Assembly: GCA_024704765.1 (NCBI GenBank)
Contig: JAKMXF010000133.1
Span: 496,001-560,000, forward strand
Direction of reading: 5' to 3'
DNA length: 64,000 nucleotides
From: Oopsacas minuta
Taxonomy: Eukaryota > Animalia > Porifera
In this document: positions 1 through 25,985 of the stretch, one piece after another
Numbering within the stretch: the stretch's first letter is position 1
Layout of the letters: every line of letters begins with the position of its first letter
Notes under the pieces: generated by a model
Databases searched by the model: none
What the model saw: the letters and a program-made list of their open reading frames with translations, nothing else
Told to the model about the DNA's origin: nothing
Position numbers and translations under genes: made by a program

Positions 1-393
1 TATTATTGTTTTACATAAATATCTCTACAACATTGCCTATAAGTTGTATCTCCTTTCAAGAATTATGTATTGGGTTACATTGGAAATATATCCAAGAGTG
101 ATTACTGGCTAACAAAATTCATTACTCCTGCAATAAAAGATCAGGTTTTAAGCCACACCTTACATGGTGCAACAAATTTGCCCTCAAAATTCCAAAAACG
201 AAGTGGCATCGCGTATGGTGGGATTTATAATTAACCTGTTTTGATGGATCATTTCTTGCATTCGAATTGACCAATCAGTTTCATCTCCTTATGGTTAGGC
301 ATGTTAAATTTGATATAAATTAATTCAGATAGAATATTCTGAATTTATTTTTGTATTTATTTGATCTTTTCTAAACAACTTTCCATCCCGTCT

Positions 394-1387
394 ATGTTTA
401 AGCGTAACAAGGTATAATTAAGTGGCTAATCTTAATATACGTATTTCATGAATTTGTTATTAGATTCCTGTGACAAGGACAACAAGCTATACCAGGAGTG
501 GTAGGATATCCATGTCTATGAAGTTGATATTACAGAAACAGGGTTATGTGTTAGAAAAGAAATTAGCTTCTGGAGCTTTTTCTAAAGTACAAGTTGCGCA
601 TTCTCTTTCCAACAATCGGTAAGATTGCAATATTAAAAAAATTTGTTTATACTGATTTTCATAATTCTTACCCTTTAGATCAGTTGTTGTGAAGATAATT
701 GAGAAAAGTTCACTTGAAGATGAAATCTGGGATCAATTCGTCCCGAGAGAGATCGATACGATTTGTAGAATCGAACATCCTCACATTATTCGAACTCACG
801 AAATTCTTCAAACAGAAGTACAGATATTTATCGTGATGAAAGTAGCTAATGGTGGGAATCTATCTGACTATGTAGCTAAGAAGAAATATCTACAGGAGTA
901 TATTGTACACCGTTTATTTGGTGAAATAACAAGTGCTTTGAAGTATTTACACAATAAACTAATCTACCACAGAGATCTCAAGCCAGAAAATGTTCTTTTA
1001 GATGGAAATTTTAGATCTAAACTTGCTGATTTCGGATTTTCAAGAAAGGCAAGTTTTTCTAAACAGAAATTAGAGACTTATTGCGGTTCTTTTCTCTTCG
1101 CTTCTCCTGAGATTTTACGTAACAAACCGTATGAAGGTGCTACGTCAGATATTTGGAGTTTGGGAGTTATTTTATACTTAATGCTGACAGGAGCAATGCC
1201 TTTCTCGGAGAAAGAAATATGGCAGATTGATTCCGACAATATTCCTACACTTATCCATTTCCCTCACTGGCCTCGTGTTAGCCCTCTAGCTGAGAACATG
1301 GTTAGACAACTGCTAGTATTTATACCTGAGACTAGATTCAAATTACTGGAGATAGAAGATCACTTATGGATGAGGAAACACACTTAA
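394..1387 (+). CDS. Testis-specific Ser/Thr kinase-like (TSSK family, CAMK group); 3 exons (394-411, 464-618, 679-1387)
   Basis: Spliced reading gives MFKRNK|IPVT...GYVLEKKLASGAFSKV...NNR|SVVVKIIEK...PREI...HRDLKPENVLL...DFGFS...TYCGS...SPE...DIWSLGVILY. GT-AG introns keep frame. Motifs resemble TSSK1/2. The 5' micro-exon is less certain. Confidence 0.75.
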
Positions 1388-1826
1388 AACTTGTTAAAGC
1401 CAAGTACTGTTGCTCCAGTACTGAATGGGCATACCTTTACCAAACTACCGCCTCTCAATCAAATTCTCTAGTATTTATATTTTTTCTAATTCTATGTTTG
1501 ATGGAAATATTTTGACATAAACACTTCTATTCAAAAGATACTCATTACTTGATTACCGGTAAATGGCTAGCGATTAGTTAATATTATAAATTTATGGACA
1601 CATTCTGAAACTCAATAAGAATCAATCTTACTTGATCTTATAATGACTGAACAATCACATACAATCAATTGACGTTGTGTCTGCCTATGAAACTCAATAC
1701 AACTACAGTATCGTCCAGTAATGTGGATGTATCCTGCAAAAATACTTAGTAACGATAGGCCCTTGACCTTAAGCGCCCTATATCTATATATTCAATTATC
1801 CTCTAAGATGTATACTTTATATAAAA

Positions 1827-14232
<12,406 letters not shown>

Positions 14233-14460
14233 AATTGTGTATATATTTGATAAATAATTAGGCAACTGTAGTTACTTGTTCTAGTTTGATAAGTATATGG
14301 ATGGTCATTTCATCATCGCTATATCTCATTATTTTGTCGCTACATAAGGCATTGATTCATTGATGATATAAACTACAAACCACTCGAATTTGATAGTAAA
14401 ACTTGTGAAGTACGTGCGTTAATTTCCGTTAGAATCTTATCTGATATATGTACGTTTATT

Positions 14461-14484
14461 AATAATAATAATAATAATAATAAT
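14461..14484. repeat. (AAT)8 microsatellite just upstream of the GNL1 start
   Basis: Eight perfect AAT units read directly. Confidence 0.95.
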
Positions 14485-14502
14485 AAAGATTTATATAAAA
14501 TA

Positions 14503-16720
14503 ATGCATCGCAAAGAACCTTTCAGTAACAAAAAGAAGAAACACCAACTTCAACAAAAACGTCATAAGAAGCAAACTAAAAATGACAAACAAACAGAGGT
14601 AATTAGACCTACAATGATATTCACTCCGGACAATCTCTCCGAGGTAGACCCAGCTTCAGACAACCCTTCTACACCCCTAGACCCTGAAAATGGAGATGAT
14701 AACTTCTTTGCTGATTCAGAGGACGAACTACAGGCAACTAATCATAAATCACTTTTATTCTCAACCAACGGTGTACACAAGCAAACACAGGGACCTGATA
14801 CAGACTTACAATTTGCTACACTAAAATTAAAACCTTACTCACTCACGAAATTTCACACTCAACCTGGTCTAAAAGAAAGCGTGAACAATCGTTTCCAGTT
14901 ACATTTTGTGAAAGAGACTGAGGAAGAGATTATCGCTAGAAAGGAGCTAGCAACTAAACCAATTACATTTGTTCCTGAGAAACAATTAGAAATATCTGTA
15001 GACGCTATTTACCCTCCTGGTACTATACTGGATATCCCTAAACGCCCTTCCTGGAGTACTAACGGTACTCGGGTAACTGTAGAGGCAGCTGAAGAGAAAA
15101 TGTTCGAAGCATATCTGGAGGAAATATATTCTAAATTCCCAATGGATTATCTGTCTTATTTTGAGCACAATCTTGAATCTTGGAGAGAATTATGGAGAGT
15201 GCTAGAGATATCACAGGTAAATACTTGTAGTCTTTGCTTTTAGTTTCATGTCATATAGGAGAGCATACTCACCAACATTATAACAATTTTCTCGGGATTA
15301 TATTTGCAAAATTTGTGGATTTTCGAATTTTCACTAGAAATCCAAGTTTTACTTCCATAAATAGCCATTTTTTCAGAATAAACTTCAGGCAATTTTTGGG
15401 AAGACAGACTGTATGCTTATACATTTAGAAACAAATTCCTAATAAACAACCTTATATTTCCAGGTAGTAATGCTGATAACAGATGTAAGACATCCAGCTT
15501 TACACTTCTCTCCATCTCTATACTCTCATGTAGTTAAGGACCTGAACAAATTCCTGGTACTTGTATTAAACAAGTCAGACTTAGTACCAGCTAGTGTAGC
15601 TATAGCCTGGAAGCATTATTTCACTAAGAACTTCCCAGGTACACACGTCATCTGCTTCTCAGCTTATCCTGACGATAAAGCCTCATTGGAGCCACAGAAG
15701 AAAATAAAACTTAGATTTCCAAGACACAGGAGAAGACTTCTATCAGAGGCAGTAGGGGTAGAAGAGCTGTTCCAGTCTGTGAAAGAGATTTATTCAGGGA
15801 AACGAGATCTCTCTGATTTGAAGAAACCAGATAATGCAGGTTATCAGGATAGTATATCGAGTGAATCATCAGGTGATGAAACTACCACTAAACCCTCTGA
15901 ACAAATCAAGAAACAAACCAAACAACCAGCTTCCAGACCTCCTCGAGCTAATATCCTAACTATTGGTATGATAGGACATCCTAACGTGGGTAAGAGCTCT
16001 ATTATAAACGGGCTAATGGGTCGTAAAGTAGTGAGTGCTTCCAAAACACCTGGTCATACAAAACACTTCCAAACAATATTCATAACAAACACTGTCTGTT
16101 TATGTGACTGTCCTGGCCTCGTGTTCCCATCTCTAGTCCCGAAACAGGTCCAGATATTGTCCGGTATGTACCCTATATCTCAGCTAAGAGAACCTTACAC
16201 TCCTGTAGGATATTTGTTTGCTAGATACCCTGCTATAATAGATCTACTCAGATTAGAGCATCCTAGAGACTCCCCATGTAAGGAGGGGGCTGCTAAGCAG
16301 GAGGTAGAATGGACCCCTCTTGACCTATGTGAAGCTTGGGCACTGAAGAGAGGGTTCTACACTGCTAAAGCTGCCCGCCCTGACATATATCGTGCTGCTA
16401 ACCACCTGCTAAGACTTGCTACAGATGGGAGAATATGTTTATACTTCAGACCACCTGGATATACAGAGCAACAGGAGCAATGGGCTGAACACCCTGAAAC
16501 CGTATCATTATTGAAAATGCAGCGCAGATCTCTACAGGAATTAGAGAGGAAACGAATGATGGATAATCATGCACCAGTATTAGATGATATAGCCATTGCA
16601 GAGATGATGATAGCTAATAGCAAACCGTTTAATAACCGAAAGAAAAAACCACCCCGTGAACCGGGAGAAAATAAATTTGCTATTCTGATGAATGATAGTG
16701 AAAATGACGATTCTTCTTAA
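14503..16720 (+). CDS. GNL1: Guanine nucleotide-binding protein-like 1 (circularly permuted GTPase); 2 exons, intron 15217-15463
   Basis: MHRKEPFSNKKKK N-terminus; SYFEHNLESWRELWRVLEISQ|VVMLITDVRHP; NKSD; IGHPNVGKSSIINGLMGRKVVSASKTPGHTKHFQT; DCPGLVFP. G4-G1-G2-G3 order. Confidence 0.92.
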
Positions 16721-17100
16721 TTTAGCTTACTTTAGATAATGATTCAGTAATTTCTTATTTCCGTTTCCAAGATAATCATTTCGAGTTGTATCATTATTAT
16801 CTTTAGTACACATATTTCATTTTGTTTCGCTGATATTTTCATATATACAACTATGCGGTTTCTATTTTGCCGATTACAAGGGACAATTAATGAATTAACT
16901 AAATTTACTTACATAAATGGGCATGTTCTCTAAATTTCTCTACTGATGGACTGCTAAAGCATAATACATCTTATTATGTAAAAATTTGTGACGAAGTAGC
17001 TATTTATAGATTATGCATGCATTATTTAGCTATAATTTCCTATTAATATACTTATACATTGCAATTATTGAACTAAACCGAATTTACTATTCTAAGAAAC

Positions 17101-19937
17101 ATGTCTTCTTCTGCTTCAAGACTTAAGAGTCATTGTAAGACTGGAGGAGAATTAATAATCGTACGAGTAAGGAATGACACTGGCACTAAACGTATACAGA
17201 TAAAGCCATCAGCTAGCTGGGCAGATCTGCTATTACAAATCAGAGCAGTATTCTCATTGCCTAATGAGACATTCACAATCTCTATCGATCCAAAAGGTGA
17301 GTCCAATGTAGCTGGAGAATTACACAAGCTATTGTCTCAGTTAGGAGTTGTGAATGGTACTCTACTCTATTTAAAGGTTACAGGGGGTAGTGTTGATATG
17401 AGAGAGAATGAGAATGAAATGGATAGTGCATCTCCTATGGAACTATCTCCTACTTGTAAGTTTGATTATGCAGTAAAATAGCATAATTCTGAATTAATGT
17501 ATTTCTATTTTATAGTGAATGGAGAAACTATGATAAGTAAGCAACAGAACTCTCAAGCAGTCATATCACCCCAAACATACAAACCTGCTTACATTCGTAG
17601 CCTCTCTCTCAAGGCTTCTTTATTTGAGGATAATGTTGACAAGAAACTAGCTTCAGAGTCTGGGCTAATAGCTAGACAAAGAGATCCTAGTGTGTGCCAA
17701 CACGGGGCCAGAGGACAGTGTATAAACTGTGCTCCTCTAGAACCATACAACCAGACATATCTGGAGTCTCATGATCCTCCTATAAGACATCTATCTTTCC
17801 ATTCATATCTACGTAAGCTTGCTGGTGGAGCTGATAAAGGTAAATTCGTATCTCTTGAAGATCTCAGTTTCAAACTTAAACCAGGCTGTACTGAGCATCC
17901 TTCCTGGCCGAATGGAATTTGCTCCAAGTGCTCTCCGGGCGTGGTTACACTCAAGAGACAGGAATATAGACACGTAGACCTTGTACAATTTCAGGTATGA
18001 CTCTTTTTATTGTATCTTAATACAGTCAACTCCCGTTATACCTAATCTCAAGGAACCGCGATAATTTCTTTGATATAAGCGGAACTCGATACGACCGATG
18101 AAATTATGTTACTTTAACGGTTTAGATAATATTTGTACAATTTCAGACTTCGATATATCAGTGTTCGATATAACGAGAGTTGACTGTAGTCTTAATTATA
18201 GCAAAATATCTAACTGAGCTATTCACATAGGATCCTTCAATAGTAGACAGATTCATCTCTTACTGGCGTACTACAGGCTCTCAGAGAATAGGTTATCTAT
18301 ACGGACAATATGAAGAGTATAACGGAGTACCTCTAGGTATAAAAGCTACTGTCCTGGCTATATACGAGCCTCCTCAGATATCAACCAGAGACTCAGTAGA
18401 GTTATTAGAAGACTCAAGAGAGTCTGTTGTAGAGTCACTGGCTGATTGGTTAGGGATCAGGCGTGTAGGGTGGATATTCACTGATCTAGAAGCTTCTCTT
18501 GAATCAGGGAAAGTTCATTATAAGAGACATATGCATACATTCTTCCTGTCAGCTGAGGAATGCATTATGGCTGCTAACTTCCAGAATAAACATCCTAATC
18601 TGTGTAAGCTGGCTAGTATGGGGAAGTTTGGTAGCAAATTCGTTACTGTGTGTGTGGAGGGTAACCAGGATAATGAGATAGAGATGAGAGGATATCAGGT
18701 AAGTAATATATACTCACGATGTGTCGTAGAATAATTAATTTAATCAATCATGTTTGTGCATACAGCTTCAGTGGTATTCGCCTTTTAGCAAGGGATATTC
18801 GTGCTAAATACTATTTGCAAATAGGCGAACTTCACCGTATTGAGCTTCCCTGATTTCACTGAAATATTTCGTAATTATTCATCGAATAATGTTTGCCCAG
18901 TATAGATAATTTCAACAATAAACTTATAGAAACATACTGTCTCTACTTATCTCATATTTTAGGTATCTAACCAATGCATGGCTCTGGTAAGAGATGACTG
19001 TCTAGTCCCATGCTTAGACGCCTCAGAGCTCGGTTACATAAGAGAATCTACCAGTAAGCAGTACGTACCAGACGTATACTACAAGACTACTATACAGAAG
19101 AGAGAGATTACTCTAATAGGAAAACCTCTACCTATGGACTTTATGTTATTAGATATTCCTGTATCTGCGCCTATGTCAGATCAACTACAGCAGGGTATGA
19201 AGCTACTGGGGAGAGCAGATCCATTCCCTATAGAGAATAGAGAATCTGCTAGACAGCTACAGAACAATAATACTCTCATAGCTCATCTATCTGCACAGCC
19301 GCCTAACCAATTTATAGGGACTATAGCGGATTTCCATCTGCTGTTCTTTTTAACCGTGAGTTGGTAAATATCATAATACTACAATGGGTATTGCTTATAA
19401 GAACACTGATTATAAGATAATACCGAAATCAAGACCATATAGTCTATAAAACGGTTCTCGTATACACATGCATTTTGTTACCCAATAGTGTTCTTACAAA
19501 TAATTTATAAGTATAAAACCACTGAACTGTTCTATATACTATTTAAATTGGATTTACAGTTTTCAATGAAGAAAATTAAAATTTTTATTTTCGAAATTTA
19601 TGCACCGAGTCAATATAATTCTTCTAATTTGCATACTCACCATCCTTCTACTCTACAGACAACAGACCTAACAGACTTAACTCCACACCTCCCTGAACTA
19701 TGTGATGGTATCCGTCGTGAAAACGTTGTACAGGTATACAACTGGAAAGAGAGTAACCCAGCTTGGAGGACAATAGAAGAATGTGTCCGTATTACGTCAG
19801 AGACACTCAGTCCCCGTTCTATGCAGCAGGGACCTCCCACATACCCCTCAGGTTCTGTCCTGTGGTCTTGTAAAGAGTGTACATTCTTCAACTCTTCAGG
19901 AGATCAAACCTGTTCCATGTGTGGTACTAGGAAATGA
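17101..19937 (+). CDS. NPLOC4: NPL4 (p97/Cdc48-Ufd1-Npl4 adaptor) with C-terminal RanBP2-type zinc finger; 5 exons
   Basis: UBX-like N-terminus (VRVRNDTGTKRI), CQHGARGQCINCAPLEPY, HLSFHSYLRKL, CTEHPSWPNGICSKC, QRIGYLYG, AIYEPPQ, RVGWIFTDL, FLSAEECIMAANFQ, SKFVTV, DFHLLFFL, and WSCKECTFFNSSGDQTCSMC. Confidence 0.93.
18023..18186. mobile_element. MITE family A, best-preserved copy (164 bp; Tc1/mariner-pogo-type), in an NPLOC4 intron
   Basis: TA|CAGTCAACTC...GAGTTGACTG|TA: 10-bp perfect terminal inverted repeats flanked by TA, no coding capacity. Confidence 0.85.
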
Positions 19938-20106
19938 TAATTGAGTATATTAGTTAGCATGAAACCTGTTTATTGAAAAGCTTATTGTGTCTCTTCTCAG
20001 TTGTTAAATAATTTTTCTCCAAAATTCTCTTACAAAAACTCCTACAAATATTTTCTATAGAAATGTATATGCTATATTTATTACGTTACTATTTGGAGTT
20101 ATTTGT

Positions 20107-21384
20107 ATGGAATTTAGTGACAAGATTTGCTACACTCGAGAAGATGGAGTTGCTACGTTCAGACAACAGCTGGCAGATGAGGAGGAGACTACGCCACGAG
20201 CTCTGTGTGCTGTCAAAACTCTGATATTCTTCCTTAAAGGTAGCAAGGATCCTACTATTTCACAAGTAAGTATATATGTATTTTCACACGGATATATGTA
20301 ATTCAGAGTTTGCATGATTTCGTATTATGGATTGCATAGATCCTTGAGTCTCTATTGGAAATGCAGAAGCTGATGGAAGGAGCTACTAATAGTATTAGTG
20401 TTACTTCTGGGTGTGAGATATTTCGCAGATTCATAACATTAGTGAGTATGGACGCACTAGACGCAGAGGAGTGCAGAGCTAAAATGATTCACAGAGGGAT
20501 TGTCTTCTATAAGAGGTGTTCAGAAGCGCAGAATATAATATCTAAACTAGCTCTACCATTTATCCGAGATGAAGTTCGTATATTAACTCATTCATATTCT
20601 AGAGTAGTGTACAGCTTGATAAGTGCTGCTACACAAGCTCGTAAGAGGGTTAGAGTTATTGTTACGAGGGCTGAGAAAGCTCCTGATACAGGGGACGATA
20701 CTACTTCTGTAGCTAGAGGTGAGAAGATGGTTGAGATGCTAAAGAAGATTGGAGTACCATGTGCTCTAATACTAGATTCTGCTGTTGGTTATACCATGGA
20801 TAAGGTAAATTGAGATTCATCCTTTAATATTAATGAGAGCTGCTTTTATCCGAGTTTCAAGTTCCGAAAGTAATTTGCCATTTGTTCAGAATTCCAGAAA
20901 TGGCTTTCATTAATATTAATAAATATTTATTGTCATCAACTCCCCGTCATATCGAATATATAGAAATACCCGCTTATATAGAAGTAATCATCGCGGTACC
21001 TTGAGCTTCAATATAACGGGGGTTGACTGTATATTGTAGGTAGATCTAGTACTGGTGGGAGCAGAGGGTGTGGTAGAAAATGGAGGTATAATCAATCAGA
21101 TAGGATCCTATCAAGTAGCAGTACTAGCTAAGGCTTGTAACAAACCATTATATGCTGCAGTAGAATGTTATAAATTCATCAGGATGTATCCTTTGAAACA
21201 GGACGATTTGAGTGATCTAAACCCCTCAGGAGCTGGTACTCTGGAGAAGAACAACTCTACCCTCCCTGTCTCTAACCCCTGGGTAGATTATACCCCTCCC
21301 TCTTATATCTCTCTCCTCTTCACCGATTTAGGAATATTGACACCATCTGCTGTATCTGATGAGTTAATTAAACTTTATTCATAG
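20107..21384 (+). CDS. EIF2B1: Translation initiation factor eIF-2B subunit alpha; 3 exons (introns about 20266-20339 and 20806-21039)
   Basis: [33 protein letters not shown]|[63 protein letters not shown] match the family. Confidence 0.93.
20936..21029. mobile_element. MITE family A copy (reverse orientation), in an EIF2B1 intron
   Basis: tcaactcccc...ggtaccttgagcttcaatataacgggggttgactg|ta is the reverse complement of family A internal motifs and terminus. Confidence 0.65.
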
Positions 21385-21510
21385 CATCTTTTAAATAGTT
21401 AAAATTCTATGGAGAGAGATCAATGTATTTGTCAAGAGGATATATAATATTTATTTAAGTAATTTGGCTTATCTAGTGAACCAATATTTCTTGCACTATT
21501 AGCTTTTAGC

Positions 21511-23049
21511 ATGTCAACAATACAAAGCTGGCTTAGCAAGGTATTCCACAGATCTCCTAAAGAATATCGTGTACTATTCCTAGGGCTAGATGCTAGTGGT
21601 CGTACTACTACATTATACAAGCTAGTGCTTGGTGAAGTAGTAACTACTATTCCTACTATTGGATTCAATGTAGAGAATTTTACTTACAAAGATCACACAT
21701 TTACTGCATGGGATGTTGGAGGCTGTGATAAGATAAGACCTCTCTGGAGACATTATTTCCAGAATACGCAGTGTGTTATATTCTTCGTAGACAGTGCTGA
21801 TCGTGAGAGAATAAATGAATGTGAATGGAGTCTTGGATTACTACTGACTGAGGATGAGCTCAAGAATACACCTCTGTTAGTATTCGCGAATAAACAAGAT
21901 CTACCAAATGCTATGAGTGTAGTGGAAGTGACTGAAAAGCTAAGTCTTAAAAAGGTAACTGATCGTCCATGGTACGTACAGGCTAGTTGCGCTCCGACAG
22001 GAGATGGTCTATATGAAGGGATTGAATGGATGATAAGTGTTCTAGATAACCAAACACCTATTGCTAATAAACAAAGTATTTCTCCAAAAAAAGCTGGAAA
22101 CAGAGATGCAAAGAAGGATGATTTAGATCAGATATTGGAGAGCTGGTTGGAGATAGAAGATAATACTGATGATGAGTTTATAGCTGCTCTAGAAGACTAC
22201 ACACTAGATAATTGGGATCACAGAACTCATCTCAGATTAGCCTGGATATATCTCACTCGTCACGGGAGGAGAGAAGGAATGAAAAAGATTTTCTCTAGCA
22301 TTAAGAATTTTATTGATAACAGTCCTAGAGCAAGGAAAACAACCTTCCATGAGACTATGACGTATTTCTGGACACATATGGTACACTATGCTATCGAGGC
22401 AACTAAAAACCCAACGAAAGACTTCAAAGGATTCCTGTTAATGAATCCGCAGTTAGCAAACGGAGGACTTTTCTTAGAATATTTCACTAAAGATTTAATG
22501 TTAATGAAGATGGAGAGTCGTAAACAAGTAGTACTCCCTGATATTAAGCCTCTACCTAGCATAATATCCTCAACTAAACCTCACTCACAATTTATTCTCC
22601 CTGTGGTTAAAAAGCAAACTCTGACTGATGCTGAGTTTCTAGAGAAGTTTGAAGAGAAGTCTCTTAACCAGTGGGGCCTGGAGGAGGAGATCAGAGCTGT
22701 ATATGTGTGTTTATTTATGAAAGGAAGGAGACAGGGTACTAAACTGGTACACAGTGGGATGGAGAAGTTTCAAGGTAGTGGCTACAACCTGACAGCAACA
22801 TACTTCTGGATACAAATGGTATGGTATTACATGTGTGTAGAAGGTATTGATAAAGTAGCTGGTAGTGAAGATCCTACTTCTACGCATGTCGATTTCTCTA
22901 CTTTCATTGAAAAGTATTCAGTAATTCTAGATCGTAAACTTCCTCTTAAATACTATTCGAGTAAAGTATTATATGATGATCCTAAGGCTGCTGTAGAGTT
23001 TGTTCTACCGGACAAGAAGCAGCTACCATCTATCATACCTAAGAAATAG
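21511..23049 (+). CDS. Atypical ARF-family GTPase fused to two tandem copies of an uncharacterised about 130-aa domain; intronless
   Basis: N-terminal about 180 aa is ARF-like ([46 protein letters not shown]). The C-terminus has two internally similar repeats: DDEF...W.H..H.R...Y...FW..M..Y...LPD.K.LPSII and TDAEF...Y..T.TYFWIQM..Y...[11 protein letters not shown]. Confidence 0.85.
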   Translation: MSTIQSWLSKVFHRSPKEYRVLFLGLDASGRTTTLYKLVLGEVVTTIPTIGFNVENFTYKDHTFTAWDVGGCDKIRPLWRHYFQNTQCVIFFVDSADRERINECEWSLGLLLTEDELKNTPLLVFANKQDLPNAMSVVEVTEKLSLKKVTDRPWYVQASCAPTGDGLYEGIEWMISVLDNQTPIANKQSISPKKAGNRDAKKDDLDQILESWLEIEDNTDDEFIAALEDYTLDNWDHRTHLRLAWIYLTRHGRREGMKKIFSSIKNFIDNSPRARKTTFHETMTYFWTHMVHYAIEATKNPTKDFKGFLLMNPQLANGGLFLEYFTKDLMLMKMESRKQVVLPDIKPLPSIISSTKPHSQFILPVVKKQTLTDAEFLEKFEEKSLNQWGLEEEIRAVYVCLFMKGRRQGTKLVHSGMEKFQGSGYNLTATYFWIQMVWYYMCVEGIDKVAGSEDPTSTHVDFSTFIEKYSVILDRKLPLKYYSSKVLYDDPKAAVEFVLPDKKQLPSIIPKK

Positions 23050-23546
23050 AGCAATTATTTTGACATTTTATTTATGATTAGATTGAATTCGTGTGTTAAA
23101 TATGTATCATAAATTTGCAAGAAGAATATATTTTTATAATCTGAGTCATAGCATATCTATTTGTGAGATATATGGTTTAAAATCCTGTTAGGAGGTTCTA
23201 CAGAGGTTCTCTTATCTTATCGGAGTGTCTGTTATGGAGAAGTTACAATATATGTCTAATTATCTATGGATGTGTGTAGGATAATTATTGCAACAATTTT
23301 TTTTGAATTATGTGGACAAGAGCTAGAAGTGATCTAAGAGTAAGGTTGCATTTATTTTACTGTAAACCTCTCATATTATATTACCCGTATAATCGGTACT
23401 TATAAAGCCAATCACAAGCTCAATTCCATTAAAATTTACTGTTAATCACTTCCAAAAAACACTACATATATCTCCTTATATGAATTCATTTGTTGAATAT
23501 TTGTATATTTTAAGCTAGCAACAAGATTAGGAATTAGGAATTTAGA

Positions 23547-25499
23547 ATGGAGCTAGAGAATATCGTAGCTAACACAGTACTAATGAAAGCAAAGGAGAGC
23601 ACACGTGATGGGAAGGGAAGGAGTAAGAGATGGCGTAGTATGCTACAATTTTCAGAACCTACTGATTGTGAATACCTTAGAGATACATTAGAGCTTAGTT
23701 ATGATCAAGTTGTCAACCAGCAACCAATTGGAGAATTGCTATTTGAAGAATTCTGTGATACTGATAATCTATTAAGTAGTTGTTGGAAATTTATCCGCAG
23801 GTTAGAAGACTACAGAACACTCCCTAATGAAAAACTCAAGGACCATGCTCAACAGATATTTGAGGAGTTTCTTACCCCACAGCCTAAGCTAATCTCTCCT
23901 CCTGAACTTGAGGCCAATGAGACTCTTTGCAATTCTGGAGCCGAGGCGTATCCAAATGTAATTAACCACTCTCTTCTTGAGGTCAGTAAATAGTGATTGT
24001 GTTTACAGACAACTCTTGTTATATCGAACACGGATATATCGAAGCCTGAAATTGTACTAACATGGTCAAAGTAACATAATTCCATAGGGTATATGGAAGT
24101 AATTATCGCTATCCCTTGAGCCTCGATATACGGGAGTTGACTGTAGTTTTATCTTAATATCTAAGTATTATTGTTTTCTGAGTAGATCTTATCACCTGAG
24201 GTTATAGAAGAGACACGAGTCTCTATTTCAGAAGCAGCTACTTCTAGATCATTCAACAAGATAGAGATTGAACTGAGGTCTTACTTCATTGGTGAACCTT
24301 TTCAGCTGTTTAAAAAGAGCAAATATTTTCTAAGATTCTTACAGTGGAAGCATTTAGAAAGACAATCTGTATCTGAGGATAAATTCAGGATATTCCGTGT
24401 ATTAGGGAAGGGAGGGTTTGGAGAAGTATTTGCTGCACAGTCTAAGATATCTGGGAAGATGTATGCTATCAAGAAGCTAGAGAAGAAACGAGTCAAGAAG
24501 AAGAAAGCTGAAGACTTAGCTCTGACTGAACGTAAAATATTAGAATTGGTAGACTCACGGTTTGTTGTAAACTTAGCATACGCTTACGAAACAAAAGACA
24601 GTCTCTGTCTAGTGCTTACCCTAATGGGAGGTGGAGAATTGAAATACCATATCTATGAGATAGGACATGCAGGGCTACCGTTAGAACGAGCTGTATTCTA
24701 CGCAGCTGAGATAGCTGCTGGATTATCACATTTGCACGATAAACGGATTCTATACAGAGATATGAAACCTGAAAATATTCTCCTAGATGAAAGAGGTCAC
24801 GTCCGTATTTCAGACTTAGGTCTAGCTATACGCGTACCTGAGGGTACAAAGGTAAAAGGTCGTGTGGGTACAGCTGGGTACATGGCTCCTGAGGTGTTGA
24901 AGAATGAATCTTACATATTCGCGATTGACTGGTGGGGATTAGGATGTGTCATATATGAAATGATAGCGGGTAGACCTCCATTTCGCGAAAAGAAGGAGAG
25001 AGTGAACAAAGATACACTTGATAATCGTGTGCTACATAAATCACAGCAATACACTCCTAAATTCAATGTAGAGGCTAGTCTCATATGTACAAGGCTGCTG
25101 GATAAGAATCCATCTACACGATTGGGTGGAAAGAGAGAAGTATTCGAGGATCCGTTTTTCAACACAATTCACTGGCCACAGCTAGAATCCGGTAAGCTTG
25201 AGCCTCCATATGCTATTGATCCACGAGCAATATACGCCAAAGATGTAATGGACATTGATCAGTTCTCATCAGTACGTGGAATTAACCTTAATGATAATGA
25301 TGTACGTTTCTATGAGAAATTCTCAATAGGTGCAGTCCCGTACGCTTGGCAGAGAGAAGTAATTGAAACAACTGTGTATCATGATCTTAACCAATTCCCA
25401 GTAGATGGGTCTTTAGTGCCCGTAGCATATGGACGGGGGCGACGCAACAATGGAGGTGGCTGGAAGTCTCTGTGTTGTTGTTGTTTTGGTGATTCTTGA
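23547..25499 (+). CDS. G protein-coupled receptor kinase (GRK4/5/6-like); 2 exons, intron 23982-24185
   Basis: MELENIVANTVLMKA N-terminus, RGS-homology region (QQPIGELLFEEFC), RVLGKGGFGEV, YAIKKLEKKR, YRDMKPENILLD, DLGLA, GTAGYMAPE, AGC tail, and a C-terminal CCCC possible palmitoylation cluster as in GRK4/6. Confidence 0.93.
24006..24143. mobile_element. MITE family A full copy (reverse orientation), in the GRK intron
   Basis: TA|CAGACAACTC...GGGAGTTGACTG|TA with internal gcctgaaattgtac and cccttgagcctcgatata, reverse complements of family A motifs. Confidence 0.8.
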
Positions 25500-25985
25500 A
25501 ACTGATATTTCATCTCGTCGATTGTTAATCTTAATTTCAAAAATACGTTTTGATTCTATTTTATATGTTTTATTACATAACAAACAACTTTAAACGATAC
25601 ATAAAATTATTTATTATTAATATTATTTTGTCCCCGCCTAATGGTTGTTTGTATATTTCTTTTATCGCCTCTATTTTTGCTAATTAGGTTTAATTATCTA
25701 TTGTATTAATTGTATTAAATAGTTCATGTTTTGAATTTAGTTAATGCTCAGGTGCTGTTAGAACGCTTCCAGGGGAGAGGTATTTAAATGTGGCAACCCC
25801 CATTCATATATATTTCGGTTTATTTCATATGTGGAATATACGAGTTAAAATATTTCAATAGGACATTTCTAACCAGCAACAAAGGTTAAGGAATTTGTGT
25901 GTAGAAACGGTTGTTGGTTAGAAAATTCTTTACAGTAAATACTCTTACTATTGTGTGATATTTGCAATATTTAGCTCTCTAATTA

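Noticed and set aside
25866-25924. 15-bp imperfect inverted repeat (tttctaaccagcaac / gttgttggttagaaa) upstream of ADPRH
   Set aside because: A single occurrence, with no TSD or second copy seen; function cannot be supported.
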